A DNA stretch of 63,476 nt, the filler included. It is 3 parts of 3 records of this genome, joined end to end, with 100 filler letters (N's around TTAATTAATTAA, not from the genome) between each part and the next. Parts side by side here need not be neighbours in the genome. Positions count along the whole stretch, not along the records: positions 47,148 to 63,476 come from SRR31156797_9491; 2 more parts are not named here. The stretch is one strand, 5' to 3'. The position numbers and the translations under genes were made by a program. Numbering within the stretch: position 1 is the first letter of the stretch; every line of letters starts with the position of its first letter. Below are positions 51,058 through 61,144 of the stretch, piece after piece. The notes below the pieces were generated by a model that did no database searches, had not been told where the DNA came from, and was given only the letters and a program-made list of their open reading frames with translations.

Positions 51058-51822
51058 CTACATATTCTTTCCATAAATTATTTCTAAACCCTTTAGTGCA
51101 AGCCGAGCATCTACATTATCAATTGTTTTGCTGACCGGAGCAATCAGATTGGAAAATCCGCCTGTGGCTACAACGGCAGGATTACCCTCTAATTCCTCTT
51201 TCATGTTACTTACAATATTATCTACTGCTCCAGCAAAACCGTTTACTATACCAGACTGCATATTTTCAACTGTTGACTTCCCGATAGTGGTACCAGGATT
51301 AGCAAACTCTATTTTAGGCAGTCTTGCAGCCTTGCTGACCAAAGCATCTGTAGATAGCTTAATGCCTGGCATAATAGCTCCTCCAACAAAATTACCATTA
51401 ATGTCTACTGCATTAAATGTTGTAGCAGTACCAAAATCAATTATTATAACCGGGGTACCATAAAACTTGCTGGCTGCAATAGATGTAACAATTCTGTCTG
51501 CTCCGACTTGCCATGAATTCTCATATTGAATATTCATACCAGTTTTTGTCCCGGGACCAACAACAAGCATTTTTAGACCAAAAAAGTTTCTGACCATATG
51601 CTCAATTGTATAATTAATAGAAGGAACAACAGATGACATTATTGCACCTTTTATCTGTGACTTATCAACACCTAAGTAATTAAAGGCATTCATAAGCATT
51701 AGTCCATATTCGTCTGATGTTTTGATTGTATCAGTTGCAAACCTGATGTAATGTATGATTTGTTTTTGCTTAAACAAACCGATTTTAATATTACTATTAC
51801 CTATATCAAAGGTTACTATCAT
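51058..51822 (-). CDS. coaX: Type III pantothenate kinase
   Basis: DIGNSN, SSVVP, GADR, DFGTATT, GGAI.PG, TGG. Confidence 0.96.
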   Translation of the reverse strand: MIVTFDIGNSNIKIGLFKQKQIIHYIRFATDTIKTSDEYGLMLMNAFNYLGVDKSQIKGAIMSSVVPSINYTIEHMVRNFFGLKMLVVGPGTKTGMNIQYENSWQVGADRIVTSIAASKFYGTPVIIIDFGTATTFNAVDINGNFVGGAIMPGIKLSTDALVSKAARLPKIEFANPGTTIGKSTVENMQSGIVNGFAGAVDNIVSNMKEELEGNPAVVATGGFSNLIAPVSKTIDNVDARLALKGLEIIYGKNM

Positions 51823-52447
51823 TATTTTTTATCTTTGGCTCCTTTTTATATATCATTTCCAAAGGTATACATACCAGTGGAACTATTATCATTGCTGTAA
51901 TTGCCTCAGGCAGACCATTGGCTAAGGCAACAGCAGATAGTGCTGTTTTTATGTTTTCTGGTTCAGTACCAAAAAGTACTGCTATTTGGTTTATTTCAGG
52001 TAAAAATAACTGGTAAAGACTGGTTAAGAAGAATACTGTATTTGTGAGTGTACCTACGGCTGCGACAATTATATAGCGCAGTTTTTTCCAATTGCCTTTA
52101 AAAATCTTTAAAAGTCCAATATTTGCTAAGTGTACAAAAAGGGGAATCAATAATCTAGGTATAAATACAAGTATTGTATATCTGAAAACACTAATATTAA
52201 AGACTGCCTGACCAAAGACATCGCCTAACATTGCCTGCAAAAAGCTGGTAATACCAAAAACCAGTGCCAAAATCAAACCAGGAATCAACCCCTCCATAAC
52301 TGTACCGATTACCACTGGTATCACCAGCAAAGTAATACTTAGCCCAGGAAGCCTGATATATCCAAGCGGGGTGAATGCAAAAATTACAATGACTGCTGTT
52401 AATAGACTGACTACTACTAATTTACGTGTTTTTTCTGAGATATTCAT
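51806..52447 (-). CDS. panT: ECF transporter S component, pantothenate-type (PanT)
   Basis: FTPLGYI, IPVVIG, FIPRLL, GTLTNTV, NGLPEA; directly upstream of coaX. Confidence 0.82.
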   Translation of the reverse strand: MNISEKTRKLVVVSLLTAVIVIFAFTPLGYIRLPGLSITLLVIPVVIGTVMEGLIPGLILALVFGITSFLQAMLGDVFGQAVFNISVFRYTILVFIPRLLIPLFVHLANIGLLKIFKGNWKKLRYIIVAAVGTLTNTVFFLTSLYQLFLPEINQIAVLFGTEPENIKTALSAVALANGLPEAITAMIIVPLVCIPLEMIYKKEPKIKNNDSNL

Positions 52448-52457
52448 TTTTTCCTCC

Positions 52458-52541
52458 GTTCAAGCTCAATTTTTGATACTTGACATTGTCGTTGTGTAAC
52501 AGTGATATTATTTTGTTCAGTTCATATTTTGTGATACTGAC
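52458..52541 (-). ncRNA. pan-like cis-regulatory RNA (two tandem hairpins) in the panT-coaX leader
   Basis: Minus strand GTCAGTATCA-loop-TGAACTGAAC and GTCAAGTATCA-loop-TGAGCTTGAAC, immediately before the RBS GGAGG. Confidence 0.7.
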
Positions 52542-52723
52542 CCAAGTATTATAACATAATACAATTGAATAATAAAGATTCTGACTAATTCTAAGACTAA
52601 TTACACAAATAAATGTATATTATAAATAGAACTGTTGATGTATAAATATTAATAAGAGTGTTAAATAATTTATGAATCTTCATATTTATGTATAGATGCT
52701 TTACCATTAATAAGTTAAATTAC

Positions 52724-52751
52724 TTGAAAAAAGTCAATATTAATGTATAAT
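52724..52751 (+). promoter_or_regulatory. SigmaA-type promoter upstream of paaK
   Basis: TTGAAA-N16-TATAAT. Confidence 0.55.
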
Positions 52752-52839
52752 ATTTTTATTGTATTTTAATTTGAGTAGTACGGCAGTTTAGTAGAATAGT
52801 ATCGGTTTGTGTCCGTCGCTCATACAAGGAGGACAGGAG

Positions 52840-54138
52840 ATGTATTACAACGAGTCTATAGAGACTGCATCAAGAAACGATATTAGTAGAATTCAGTTAG
52901 AACGATTAAGACACGCATTGCAGCATGCATATGATAACGTGCCTATGTACAGGGAACGGTTTGATGAAATTAATATAAAACCATCAGATATTACATCCTT
53001 TGAAGATTTAAGAAAGATTCCATTTACAGTAAAAAATGATTTAAGAGATAATTATCCGTTTGGACTGTTTGCTGTGCCAAAAAATGAAGTGGTCAGAGTC
53101 CACGCGTCCAGCGGTACTACAGGCAAACCTACAGTAGTAGGCTATACTAAAAACGATGTTGAAATGTGGACAAAGGTTATGTCACGCTTGGTCATGGCAG
53201 CAGGAGTAACAAAGGACGACGTGGCACAGGTAGCTTTTGGTTATGGACTTTTTACAGGAGCATTTGGTCTGCATTATGCACTGGAAGAAGTAGGCTGTAT
53301 GGTTGTTCCTACATCCTCAGGAAATACTGAAAAGCAGATAATGCTGATGCAGGATTTTGGTACCACAGTACTAATATCAACTCCAAGTTATGCATTGTAT
53401 ATATCAGAAGTTATGGAGAAAATGGGTATTGACCCAAAGAAAGATTTGAAATTAAGGGTCGGATTATTCGGCGGTGAAAGCTGTAGTGATGAAATGCGAT
53501 TACAGCTGGAGAAGAGATTAAACATATTAGCTACAGAGAATTATGGATTATCAGAAATAATAGGTCCTGGTGTATCAGGTGAATGCCATCAAAAGTGTGG
53601 TCTGCATTTTAATGAGGACCATTTCTATCCAGAAATAATCGATAGTAAAACAGGTGAAGTACTGCCATATGGTGAAGTAGGCGAATTAGTAATAACGTCA
53701 TTGACTAAGGAAGCCCTGCCTATAATTAGATATCGTACAAAAGACATTACACGATTAATACCTGAAAAGTGCAAATGCGGCAGAACAAGTATACGTATGG
53801 AAAAAGTACACGGCAGAACCGACGATATGCTGATAATACGAGGAGTCAATGTATTCCCATCACAAATTGAAACCGTATTGCTGCAGGTTCCGCAGGTCAG
53901 TCCTCATTACGAAATCATAGTCACTCGTGAAAACTGGCTTGATAGGATAGAGGTAAAGGTAGAGATAACTGATAATAGCCTGCTTGAAAGTTTTGGTAAA
54001 CTTGAAGCACTGCAATTAGATATTGTAAATAGGTTAAGAACTATATTATCAATAGATGCGAAAGTTACCCTTGTTGGCAACAATAAACTGAAAAGATTCC
54101 AGGGTAAGGCACAAAGAGTCACTGACCTTAGAAAGTAG
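52840..54138 (+). CDS. paaK: Phenylacetate-CoA ligase family protein (copy 1)
   Basis: [50 protein letters not shown] upstream of the ATG at 52840. Confidence 0.93.
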   Translation: MYYNESIETASRNDISRIQLERLRHALQHAYDNVPMYRERFDEINIKPSDITSFEDLRKIPFTVKNDLRDNYPFGLFAVPKNEVVRVHASSGTTGKPTVVGYTKNDVEMWTKVMSRLVMAAGVTKDDVAQVAFGYGLFTGAFGLHYALEEVGCMVVPTSSGNTEKQIMLMQDFGTTVLISTPSYALYISEVMEKMGIDPKKDLKLRVGLFGGESCSDEMRLQLEKRLNILATENYGLSEIIGPGVSGECHQKCGLHFNEDHFYPEIIDSKTGEVLPYGEVGELVITSLTKEALPIIRYRTKDITRLIPEKCKCGRTSIRMEKVHGRTDDMLIIRGVNVFPSQIETVLLQVPQVSPHYEIIVTRENWLDRIEVKVEITDNSLLESFGKLEALQLDIVNRLRTILSIDAKVTLVGNNKLKRFQGKAQRVTDLRK

Positions 54139-54152
54139 AATACGGAGGATAT

Positions 54153-55880
54153 ATGAAGAAATTAATGCTAGGCAATGAAGCAGTTGCACATGGAGCATGG
54201 GAAGCTGGATGCAAAGTAGCAACTGCTTATCCGGGAACACCCAGCACAGAAATCACAGAAAACATAGCAAAATATCAAGAAATTGATGCAGCTTGGTCAC
54301 CAAATGAAAAGGTAGCATTGGAAGTTGGAATTGGTGCAGCATATGCAGGAGCCAGAACTATTGTAACAATGAAGCACGTAGGACTAAACGTAGCAGCCGA
54401 TCCATTTTTTACTTTAAGCTATACTGGAGTAAATGCAGGGCTTGTTTTAGCAGTTGCAGATGACCCGGGAATGCATTCATCTCAAAATGAGCAGGATTCC
54501 AGATTCTATGGCAGAAGTGCCCATGTACCTGTTTTGGAACCATCAGATAGTGCAGAAGCTAAGGAATTTACCAAACTGGCATTTCATTTATCAGAAACAT
54601 ATGACACACCTGTAATCGTTCGCTTGACCACTAGGGTCAGTCACTCCAGAACTATGGTTGAAACTTGTGACAGGGAAGAAGTTGAACTGAAACCTTATGT
54701 CAAAGACATGAACAAATATGTTATGATGCCAGGAATGGCTAGGAAGCGTCATGTGGTAGTAGAAGCACGTGAAAAGAAATTATCTGAAGATTCGAATAGT
54801 TGTAAAATCAATACAATAGAATATAAGGATACAAAGATTGGTATAATAACATCCGGATTATGCTATCAGTATGTTCAGGAAGCATTACCTGAAGCTAGTA
54901 TTCTGAAACTGGGTATGGTTTATCCTCTGCCATTTACTATGATTAAGGAATTTGAAGAAAAGGTTGATAAACTAATTGTTGTTGAGGAATTGGAACCATT
55001 TATTGAAGATAGTATTAAGGCTAAAGGTATAGATTGTATTGGTAAAGAGCTCTTTACTATCCAAGGTGAATATACTGCTAATATGATTAGAAAAGCTGTT
55101 GTCGGTGAAGACAATCAGTTTTATCCTGCTAGCGAAGGCTTGCCTGTTCGCCCTCCTGCAATGTGTCCAGGCTGTCCTCATAGAGGAGCATACTATGCAA
55201 TAAATAAACTTGGTATGATTGTTACAGGTGACATCGGCTGCTATACTTTAGGGGCACTGCCTCCAGTTAGTTCAATGGATACATGTGTCTGTATGGGAGC
55301 TTCAATAGGCGTTTCTCTCGGCATGGAACGTGCCAGAGGGCGTGAATTTGCAAAGAAAACAGTTGCTGTTATAGGTGACTCAACCTTTATGCATACTGGA
55401 ATAAACGGATTAATCGATGTAGTATATCACCAAGGGAATACTACTGTTATGATTCTTGATAACAGAACTACAGGTATGACCGGTCATCAGAATAATCCGA
55501 CAAATGGCTTGGATATATATGACAATACTGCTCCAATGGTTGACTTTGAGAAATTGGCAAAAGCTATCGGCATTGATGATGTTAAGGTAGTTGATCCATT
55601 TGATACAAAGGCGATGATCGAAGCATTGAAAAGTTCATCAGAACACGATGGACCTTCTGTAATTGTTTCAAAGAGACCATGTGTATTGCTGAAAAAAGAA
55701 TACAGGAATCAACCACTGGCAGTAGATGACAATTGCGTAAACTGTAAGACTTGTATGACAATCGGCTGTCCTGCATTGGTTAATACAGAAGATGCAGTTA
55801 GAATAGACAGTACGCTTTGTGTTGGATGTAATTTGTGTGCAACATTATGTCCTGTAGATGCAATAGGAGAGGTGAAATAG
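54153..55880 (+). CDS. iorA: Indolepyruvate:ferredoxin oxidoreductase alpha subunit
   Basis: LGNEA, YPGTPSTE, NEKVA.E, MKHVGLNVAAD, CPGCPHR, GDIGCY, GDSTF.H, C-terminal ferredoxin. Confidence 0.96.
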   Translation: MKKLMLGNEAVAHGAWEAGCKVATAYPGTPSTEITENIAKYQEIDAAWSPNEKVALEVGIGAAYAGARTIVTMKHVGLNVAADPFFTLSYTGVNAGLVLAVADDPGMHSSQNEQDSRFYGRSAHVPVLEPSDSAEAKEFTKLAFHLSETYDTPVIVRLTTRVSHSRTMVETCDREEVELKPYVKDMNKYVMMPGMARKRHVVVEAREKKLSEDSNSCKINTIEYKDTKIGIITSGLCYQYVQEALPEASILKLGMVYPLPFTMIKEFEEKVDKLIVVEELEPFIEDSIKAKGIDCIGKELFTIQGEYTANMIRKAVVGEDNQFYPASEGLPVRPPAMCPGCPHRGAYYAINKLGMIVTGDIGCYTLGALPPVSSMDTCVCMGASIGVSLGMERARGREFAKKTVAVIGDSTFMHTGINGLIDVVYHQGNTTVMILDNRTTGMTGHQNNPTNGLDIYDNTAPMVDFEKLAKAIGIDDVKVVDPFDTKAMIEALKSSSEHDGPSVIVSKRPCVLLKKEYRNQPLAVDDNCVNCKTCMTIGCPALVNTEDAVRIDSTLCVGCNLCATLCPVDAIGEVK

Positions 55881-55881
55881 T

Positions 55882-56454
55882 ATGAGTATAACATCAGTAT
55901 TGATAGTAGGAGTTGGCGGTCAGGGTTCACTTTTAACCAGCAGAATACTTGGAACATATGCAATTGAAGCCGGACTGGATGTAAAGGTATCTGAAGTTCA
56001 TGGAATGTCTCAAAGAGGCGGAAGCGTCGTCACATACGTTCGTATGGGGGACAAGGTGCTTAGTCCAATTATAGAAGAAGGCGGAGCTGACTATATGCTG
56101 TCTTTTGAGTTGCTGGAATCTTACAGATACGTTCATCTTCTAAAAGAACAAGGTAAAATCGTGGTTAACGCTCAGGAGATAGACCCAATGCCTGTAATTA
56201 TTGGTGCATGTGAATATCCCGAAAATATCAAGGATAAACTAAAGAGCACTGTCGAAACAAATGCTGTTGATGCAGTTCCTATCGCAAAGGAATTAGGTAA
56301 TATTCGTACAGTTAATACTATTATGATAGGCAGGCTTGCAAAGCAGATGGGCACCGATAAAGATAAGTGGATATCAGCTATTAAGCAATGTGTACCCCAA
56401 AAAACTGTAGAAATAAATATAGAGGCGTTTAATAAAGGTTATCAATTAGCATAA
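55882..56454 (+). CDS. iorB: Indolepyruvate oxidoreductase beta subunit
   Basis: GVGGQG, SEVHGMSQRGGSV, N.EAF.KG. Confidence 0.95.
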   Translation: MSITSVLIVGVGGQGSLLTSRILGTYAIEAGLDVKVSEVHGMSQRGGSVVTYVRMGDKVLSPIIEEGGADYMLSFELLESYRYVHLLKEQGKIVVNAQEIDPMPVIIGACEYPENIKDKLKSTVETNAVDAVPIAKELGNIRTVNTIMIGRLAKQMGTDKDKWISAIKQCVPQKTVEINIEAFNKGYQLA

Positions 56455-56466
56455 AGGAGATGAAGC

Positions 56467-57768
56467 ATGATTTATAATGAAAAATATGAATGCATGGACA
56501 GGGAGGAGCTGGAGGAACTTCAGGGTAAGCGACTATCCGAAAGAGTAGAATATGTATACGACAGAGTCCCATATTATAAGAAAAAGATGGATGAAATGGG
56601 AGTAAAGCCAGATGATATCAAATCTTTGGAGGACATTACAAAACTTCCGTTTACAGTGAAACAGGACTTAAGAGACAACTATCCATTTGACACATTCGCT
56701 GTACCTATGGACGACATTGTGCGTATTCATGCTTCAAGCGGTACAACAGGCAAGGCTACAGTCGTTGGATATACTCAGAATGATATAGATATTTGGTCAG
56801 AACTAATGGCTCGCTCTTTTGCAGCAGTGGGTGCTGATTCAACTGATATCGTTCAAAACGGCTATGGTTATGGCTTGTTTACTGGCGGATTGGGTGCTCA
56901 CTATGGAGCAGAAACTCTTGGCGCAGCAGTCATTCCTGTATCAGGAGGAAATACTAAAAGACAGTTAACTATTATGCAGGATTTTGGTTCAACTGTTCTG
57001 ACATGTACACCAAGCTATGCATTGTACTTAGCTGAAGCAATGAAAGAAGCTGGAATTGACCCTAGAAAAGATACTAAGCTAAAAGTTGGTATATTTGGTG
57101 CAGAGCCTTGGACAGAAGAAATGCGTGCTGACTTAGAAGAGAAACTAGGCATTCTAGCTTGTGATATCTACGGTTTATCTGAGATTATGGGGCCAGGTGT
57201 GTCCATTGAATGTGAACACCAGTGTGGAATGCATATTTTTGAAGATCATTTTATAGCTGAAATTATTAATCCTGAAACAGGGGAGAGCCTTCCTAGAGGC
57301 GAAAAGGGCGAGTTAGTAATAACTACAATTACCAAAGAAGGTATTCCGGTTATTAGATATCGCACTAGAGATATTACACATCTTGAATATGATAAATGTG
57401 AATGCGGCAGAACTCATGTAAGAATGAGAAAAGTTATGGGAAGAACTGACGATATGCTTATTATTCGTGGTGTGAATGTATTCCCTTCACAGGTTGAAAG
57501 CGTATTGATGCAGTTTTCTCAAGTAGAACCTCATTATTTATTAGTAGTAGACAGGATAAATAATCTGGATACATTGGAAATATGGGTAGAAATTAATGAC
57601 AAACTTTTCAGTGATGAAGTAAAAGAGATTGAAGAATTAAGAAGTAAAATTGAAAATGAAATATATTCACTTCTTCAGATTCATGCAAAGATTAAATTAG
57701 TTGAGCCAAAAACTATTGAGCGTTCAATGGGCAAGGCAAAGCGGGTAGAGGACAGAAGAAAGCTATAG
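56467..57768 (+). CDS. paaK: Phenylacetate-CoA ligase family protein (copy 2)
   Basis: [42 protein letters not shown]. Confidence 0.93.
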   Translation: MIYNEKYECMDREELEELQGKRLSERVEYVYDRVPYYKKKMDEMGVKPDDIKSLEDITKLPFTVKQDLRDNYPFDTFAVPMDDIVRIHASSGTTGKATVVGYTQNDIDIWSELMARSFAAVGADSTDIVQNGYGYGLFTGGLGAHYGAETLGAAVIPVSGGNTKRQLTIMQDFGSTVLTCTPSYALYLAEAMKEAGIDPRKDTKLKVGIFGAEPWTEEMRADLEEKLGILACDIYGLSEIMGPGVSIECEHQCGMHIFEDHFIAEIINPETGESLPRGEKGELVITTITKEGIPVIRYRTRDITHLEYDKCECGRTHVRMRKVMGRTDDMLIIRGVNVFPSQVESVLMQFSQVEPHYLLVVDRINNLDTLEIWVEINDKLFSDEVKEIEELRSKIENEIYSLLQIHAKIKLVEPKTIERSMGKAKRVEDRRKL

Positions 57769-57910
57769 AATTAGAAATAGATATAAATATATTAAATAAT
57801 TATTCTGTTTTCTATTGATTTTGTTATAAAAAGTGGTAGCATATAGAACATAGACTTGGGCAATTATAATATTGCCGTTAAGTCACCACCTACGATTAGG
57901 AGGAAAAAAT

Positions 57911-58339
57911 ATGATAAAGCAATTATCAGTATTTCTTGAAAATTCAAAGGGCAGATTAGCTGACATGACTGCTGCATTAAAAGATGCAGATATTAATCTT
58001 TTAGCATTATCAATTGCCGACACTACGAATTTTGGTATCTTAAGAACAATAGTATCTGATGATGATAAAGCAGTCAAAGCACTTCATGATGCAGGGTTTA
58101 CTGTCCATCTAAACGAAGTAATAGCTGCGGCTGTACCTGATAAAACAGGTGGTTTATCAGACATTCTAAAAGCATTGTGTGACGGAGATATTAGTGTAGA
58201 ATACTTGTATTCTTTTGTTAAGGCTCCAGGAGATCACGCATTGATACTATTTAAAGTTGATGATTTAGAAGCAGCAAAAAGGATATTTGAGGCTAACAAT
58301 ATAAAATTATTGAATAAAGAAGAATTGGTGAACATCTAA
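57911..58339 (+). CDS. ACT domain-containing protein
   Basis: IKQLSVFLEN..GRL, IADT..FGILR, PDK.GGL, VEYLYSF; RBS AGGAGG. Confidence 0.9.
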   Translation: MIKQLSVFLENSKGRLADMTAALKDADINLLALSIADTTNFGILRTIVSDDDKAVKALHDAGFTVHLNEVIAAAVPDKTGGLSDILKALCDGDISVEYLYSFVKAPGDHALILFKVDDLEAAKRIFEANNIKLLNKEELVNI

Positions 58340-58342
58340 TTA

Positions 58343-59455
58343 ATGAATTCTACAATAGCAAAAATCAACCTAGAAAATTTAAGGCATAATGTCTTGGAGT
58401 ACCAGAATTTGCTAGGTGATACAACAAAAATGGTCGCCGTGATCAAGGCAGATGCTTATGGTCATGGTGCTGTTCCTGTTGCAAAGGTATTATCAGAAAT
58501 TGGTATCGATTTCTTTGCAATTTCCAGAATAAAGGAAGGAATAGAGTTAGTAGAAGCGGGAGTAACAGGAAACATACTGATTCTAGGCGGTACTTTACCA
58601 TCTGAGATGAAAACAGCCATTAAATATGGTCTTATTCCAACAATATATAATATTGACCAGTTAAGTCAATTAGATAAGTGCAACAAGGATAATGATAAAA
58701 GACATAGTTTTCACCTGAAAATTGAAACAGGGATGCATAGGTTAGGTGTAAAAACAGGTGATGAGCTGGATGTATTTCTGGACGCACTGGATAACTGTGA
58801 ACACGTTCGCCTTTCTGGTGTATATTCACACTTTGCAGTCAGTGATTCAGATGGTGTCTATACAAAAGATCAGTATAAGAAATTCACCAGAGCAATGCAC
58901 CAAATACGAGCAAGAGACTATAGCCCAAAGACTCACATTTCTAATTCTGCTGCAATATCTGCATACGATTATTGCAAACTTGACTATGTACGTCTTGGTA
59001 TCGGAATGTATGGTTTGCGACCGGATAACAGGGAAAACGTTGATATACGACCAGTAATGAGTTTAGTTTCAAAAGTTGTGCATATTTCATCACTGGAAAG
59101 TGGTGAAACAGTAAGCTATGGCAGAACCTACAAAGCCGACATTGATAAAAAAATTGCAGTTCTTTCTATTGGCTATGCTGACGGTTATCCACGTATACTG
59201 AGCAATAAAGCCAAGGTACTGATAGGCGGGCAAAGATGTGATATCATTGGGAGAATCTGCATGGATCATACAATTGTTGATATTACTGACTTGGATAATG
59301 TTTCTATTGGAGATGAAGCGGTACTAATAGGTGAGCAGGGTGATGAAGTGATTACTGCAAATGAATTAGCTGATATTGCACAAACTATTCACTATGAAGT
59401 GGTTACTGGAGTACAAAAAAGGGTAGATAGGGTATATGTTGGTGTCAAAGAATAA
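58343..59455 (+). CDS. alr: Alanine racemase
   Basis: AVIKADAYGHG (PLP Lys), HLKIETGMHRLG, VSYG, IGYADG, GRICMD. Confidence 0.96.
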   Translation: MNSTIAKINLENLRHNVLEYQNLLGDTTKMVAVIKADAYGHGAVPVAKVLSEIGIDFFAISRIKEGIELVEAGVTGNILILGGTLPSEMKTAIKYGLIPTIYNIDQLSQLDKCNKDNDKRHSFHLKIETGMHRLGVKTGDELDVFLDALDNCEHVRLSGVYSHFAVSDSDGVYTKDQYKKFTRAMHQIRARDYSPKTHISNSAAISAYDYCKLDYVRLGIGMYGLRPDNRENVDIRPVMSLVSKVVHISSLESGETVSYGRTYKADIDKKIAVLSIGYADGYPRILSNKAKVLIGGQRCDIIGRICMDHTIVDITDLDNVSIGDEAVLIGEQGDEVITANELADIAQTIHYEVVTGVQKRVDRVYVGVKE

Positions 59456-59993
59456 TGTTCGGAAAGAAATTCTTAGTCAACGTATAAAAATGCCTAAAGA
59501 GCAAGCAGCTATTAAATCAAAGGAGATTCTTGAGAAACTAATTAAAATTGAGAAATTTAATAGTTCAAAGAATATTCTAGCTTATTATCCAATTAATAAT
59601 GAAGTAAGCACATTAAGTATACTCGACCTTTATAACGATAAAAATATTTATCTGCCGAAAGTTAGAACCAACAGCCAATTATCAATTCATATATATAATG
59701 GAATAAGCACTTTAATTATTGGCAGTTTTGGTATTATGGAACCTAATAATGAAGAGACTCAGGATATTAGTATAATTGATACTGTAATTGTACCTATAGT
59801 TGCCTTTGACAAAAATCTCCATCGTATTGGATACGGCGGAGGATACTATGACAGGTTTCTTTCAAAACTAAATAACACCTACACAATCGGGTTAGCATAT
59901 GAATTCCAAAAAGCAGGTCAAATAGATTATGAGTATTATGATACTGCTTTAGATATGATTATTACTGAAAATAATATTTATCTCCCAAAATAA
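59436..59993 (+). CDS. 5-formyltetrahydrofolate cyclo-ligase
   Basis: NEV, FGIMEP, IVP..AFD...RIGYGGGYYDR. Confidence 0.93.
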   Translation: MLVSKNNVRKEILSQRIKMPKEQAAIKSKEILEKLIKIEKFNSSKNILAYYPINNEVSTLSILDLYNDKNIYLPKVRTNSQLSIHIYNGISTLIIGSFGIMEPNNEETQDISIIDTVIVPIVAFDKNLHRIGYGGGYYDRFLSKLNNTYTIGLAYEFQKAGQIDYEYYDTALDMIITENNIYLPK

Positions 59994-60101
59994 ATTCTAT
60001 TCATTATATTACAAACTATTACACATTCTTATAAAACATCTGTTTGAAGCCTTGATATGTCTTAAGTATAATATAATTATACAAAAAAAGGACGTTTTTT
60101 G

Positions 60102-60407
60102 ATGCTGAAGAATAAAACCAAGGTAAAAATCGGTGGTATTGAGTATACTCTGTCAGGCTACGAAAGCGAGGAGTATATTCATTCTGTAGCTATTTATGTA
60201 GATAAAAAACTAAAAGGTACAAAGCTGGCATCAGAAAACCTAAGCACTACACTTACCGCTGTATTAACAGCAATCAATATTGCCGATGAGTTACTTAAGG
60301 AACGTATCAAGGCGAAAAGTCTTGAGGAAGAACTTGATAAAATCACAAACGGATATACTTCAAAAAGCAAGTACAACACGGCAATTCCTTTTGATATTAA
60401 TTTGTAA
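60102..60407 (+). CDS. zapA: Cell division protein ZapA
   Basis: V.IGG.EY.L...ESEEY...VA.YVD.K, AVLTAINIADEL. Confidence 0.9.
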   Translation: MLKNKTKVKIGGIEYTLSGYESEEYIHSVAIYVDKKLKGTKLASENLSTTLTAVLTAINIADELLKERIKAKSLEEELDKITNGYTSKSKYNTAIPFDINL

Positions 60408-60457
60408 AAAGAACTAAATGCATTTATAATAAATTATAGTAATATATAGAGGTTTTT

Positions 60458-61144
60458 ATGAAGAAATATAAATACGTTTTGTTTGATGCTGACGGAACTC
60501 TGTTTGATTTTGAGCGCACAGAGCATGAAGCACTTAAGAAAACTTTCGAAAGTGCTGATATTGAATTTAGTACAAGCAATATATCTGCCTATTTGGAAGC
60601 TAATGAAAAGCTTTGGAATGCATTGGAACAAGGTAAAATTAGTATGAATCAAGTAAAAATAGATAGATTTGTCAACTTTTTTAAGGCAATTAATAATAAA
60701 AGTGATGCAGAAAAATATGCTAATGAGTATATATATAATTTAGGTCTTGGAGCATATTTGCTTGATGGTGCAGTTGATATTGTAAAAGCACTTTATGGAA
60801 AATGTTCACTAAATATCGCAACTAATGGAATTGCTGATGTTCAAAGACCAAGGATGTCTTCATCAGAACTAAAAGGATATTTTGATAATATTTTTATATC
60901 AGAAGAAATAGGATATCCCAAACCGAACGTTGAATATTTTAACTATATTTTTGATGCTCTTCAAGTATCAGATAAGTCTCATGTTATTATTATTGGAGAT
61001 TCGCTTACTTCAGATATGCAGGGAGGAATCAATGCAGGTATTGATACTTGTTTTTATAATTCTAATAATATAAATATACCATCTGATATGGATATTACCT
61101 ATGAAATAGATGATTTATCTAAATTAAAGGATATTATCCTATGA
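60458..61144 (+). CDS. YjjG-family HAD nucleotidase
   Basis: FDADGTLFDF, TNG, SEEIGYPKP, IGDSL.SD..GG. Confidence 0.9.
   Translation: MKKYKYVLFDADGTLFDFERTEHEALKKTFESADIEFSTSNISAYLEANEKLWNALEQGKISMNQVKIDRFVNFFKAINNKSDAEKYANEYIYNLGLGAYLLDGAVDIVKALYGKCSLNIATNGIADVQRPRMSSSELKGYFDNIFISEEIGYPKPNVEYFNYIFDALQVSDKSHVIIIGDSLTSDMQGGINAGIDTCFYNSNNINIPSDMDITYEIDDLSKLKDIIL

Noticed and set aside
59994-60457. 6S RNA expected near zapA and 5-formyl-THF cyclo-ligase
   Set aside because: Both intergenic gaps (~105 and ~50 nt) are too short and AT-rich for a ~180-nt 6S rod, and the gene order differs from zapA-ssrS-ygfA.
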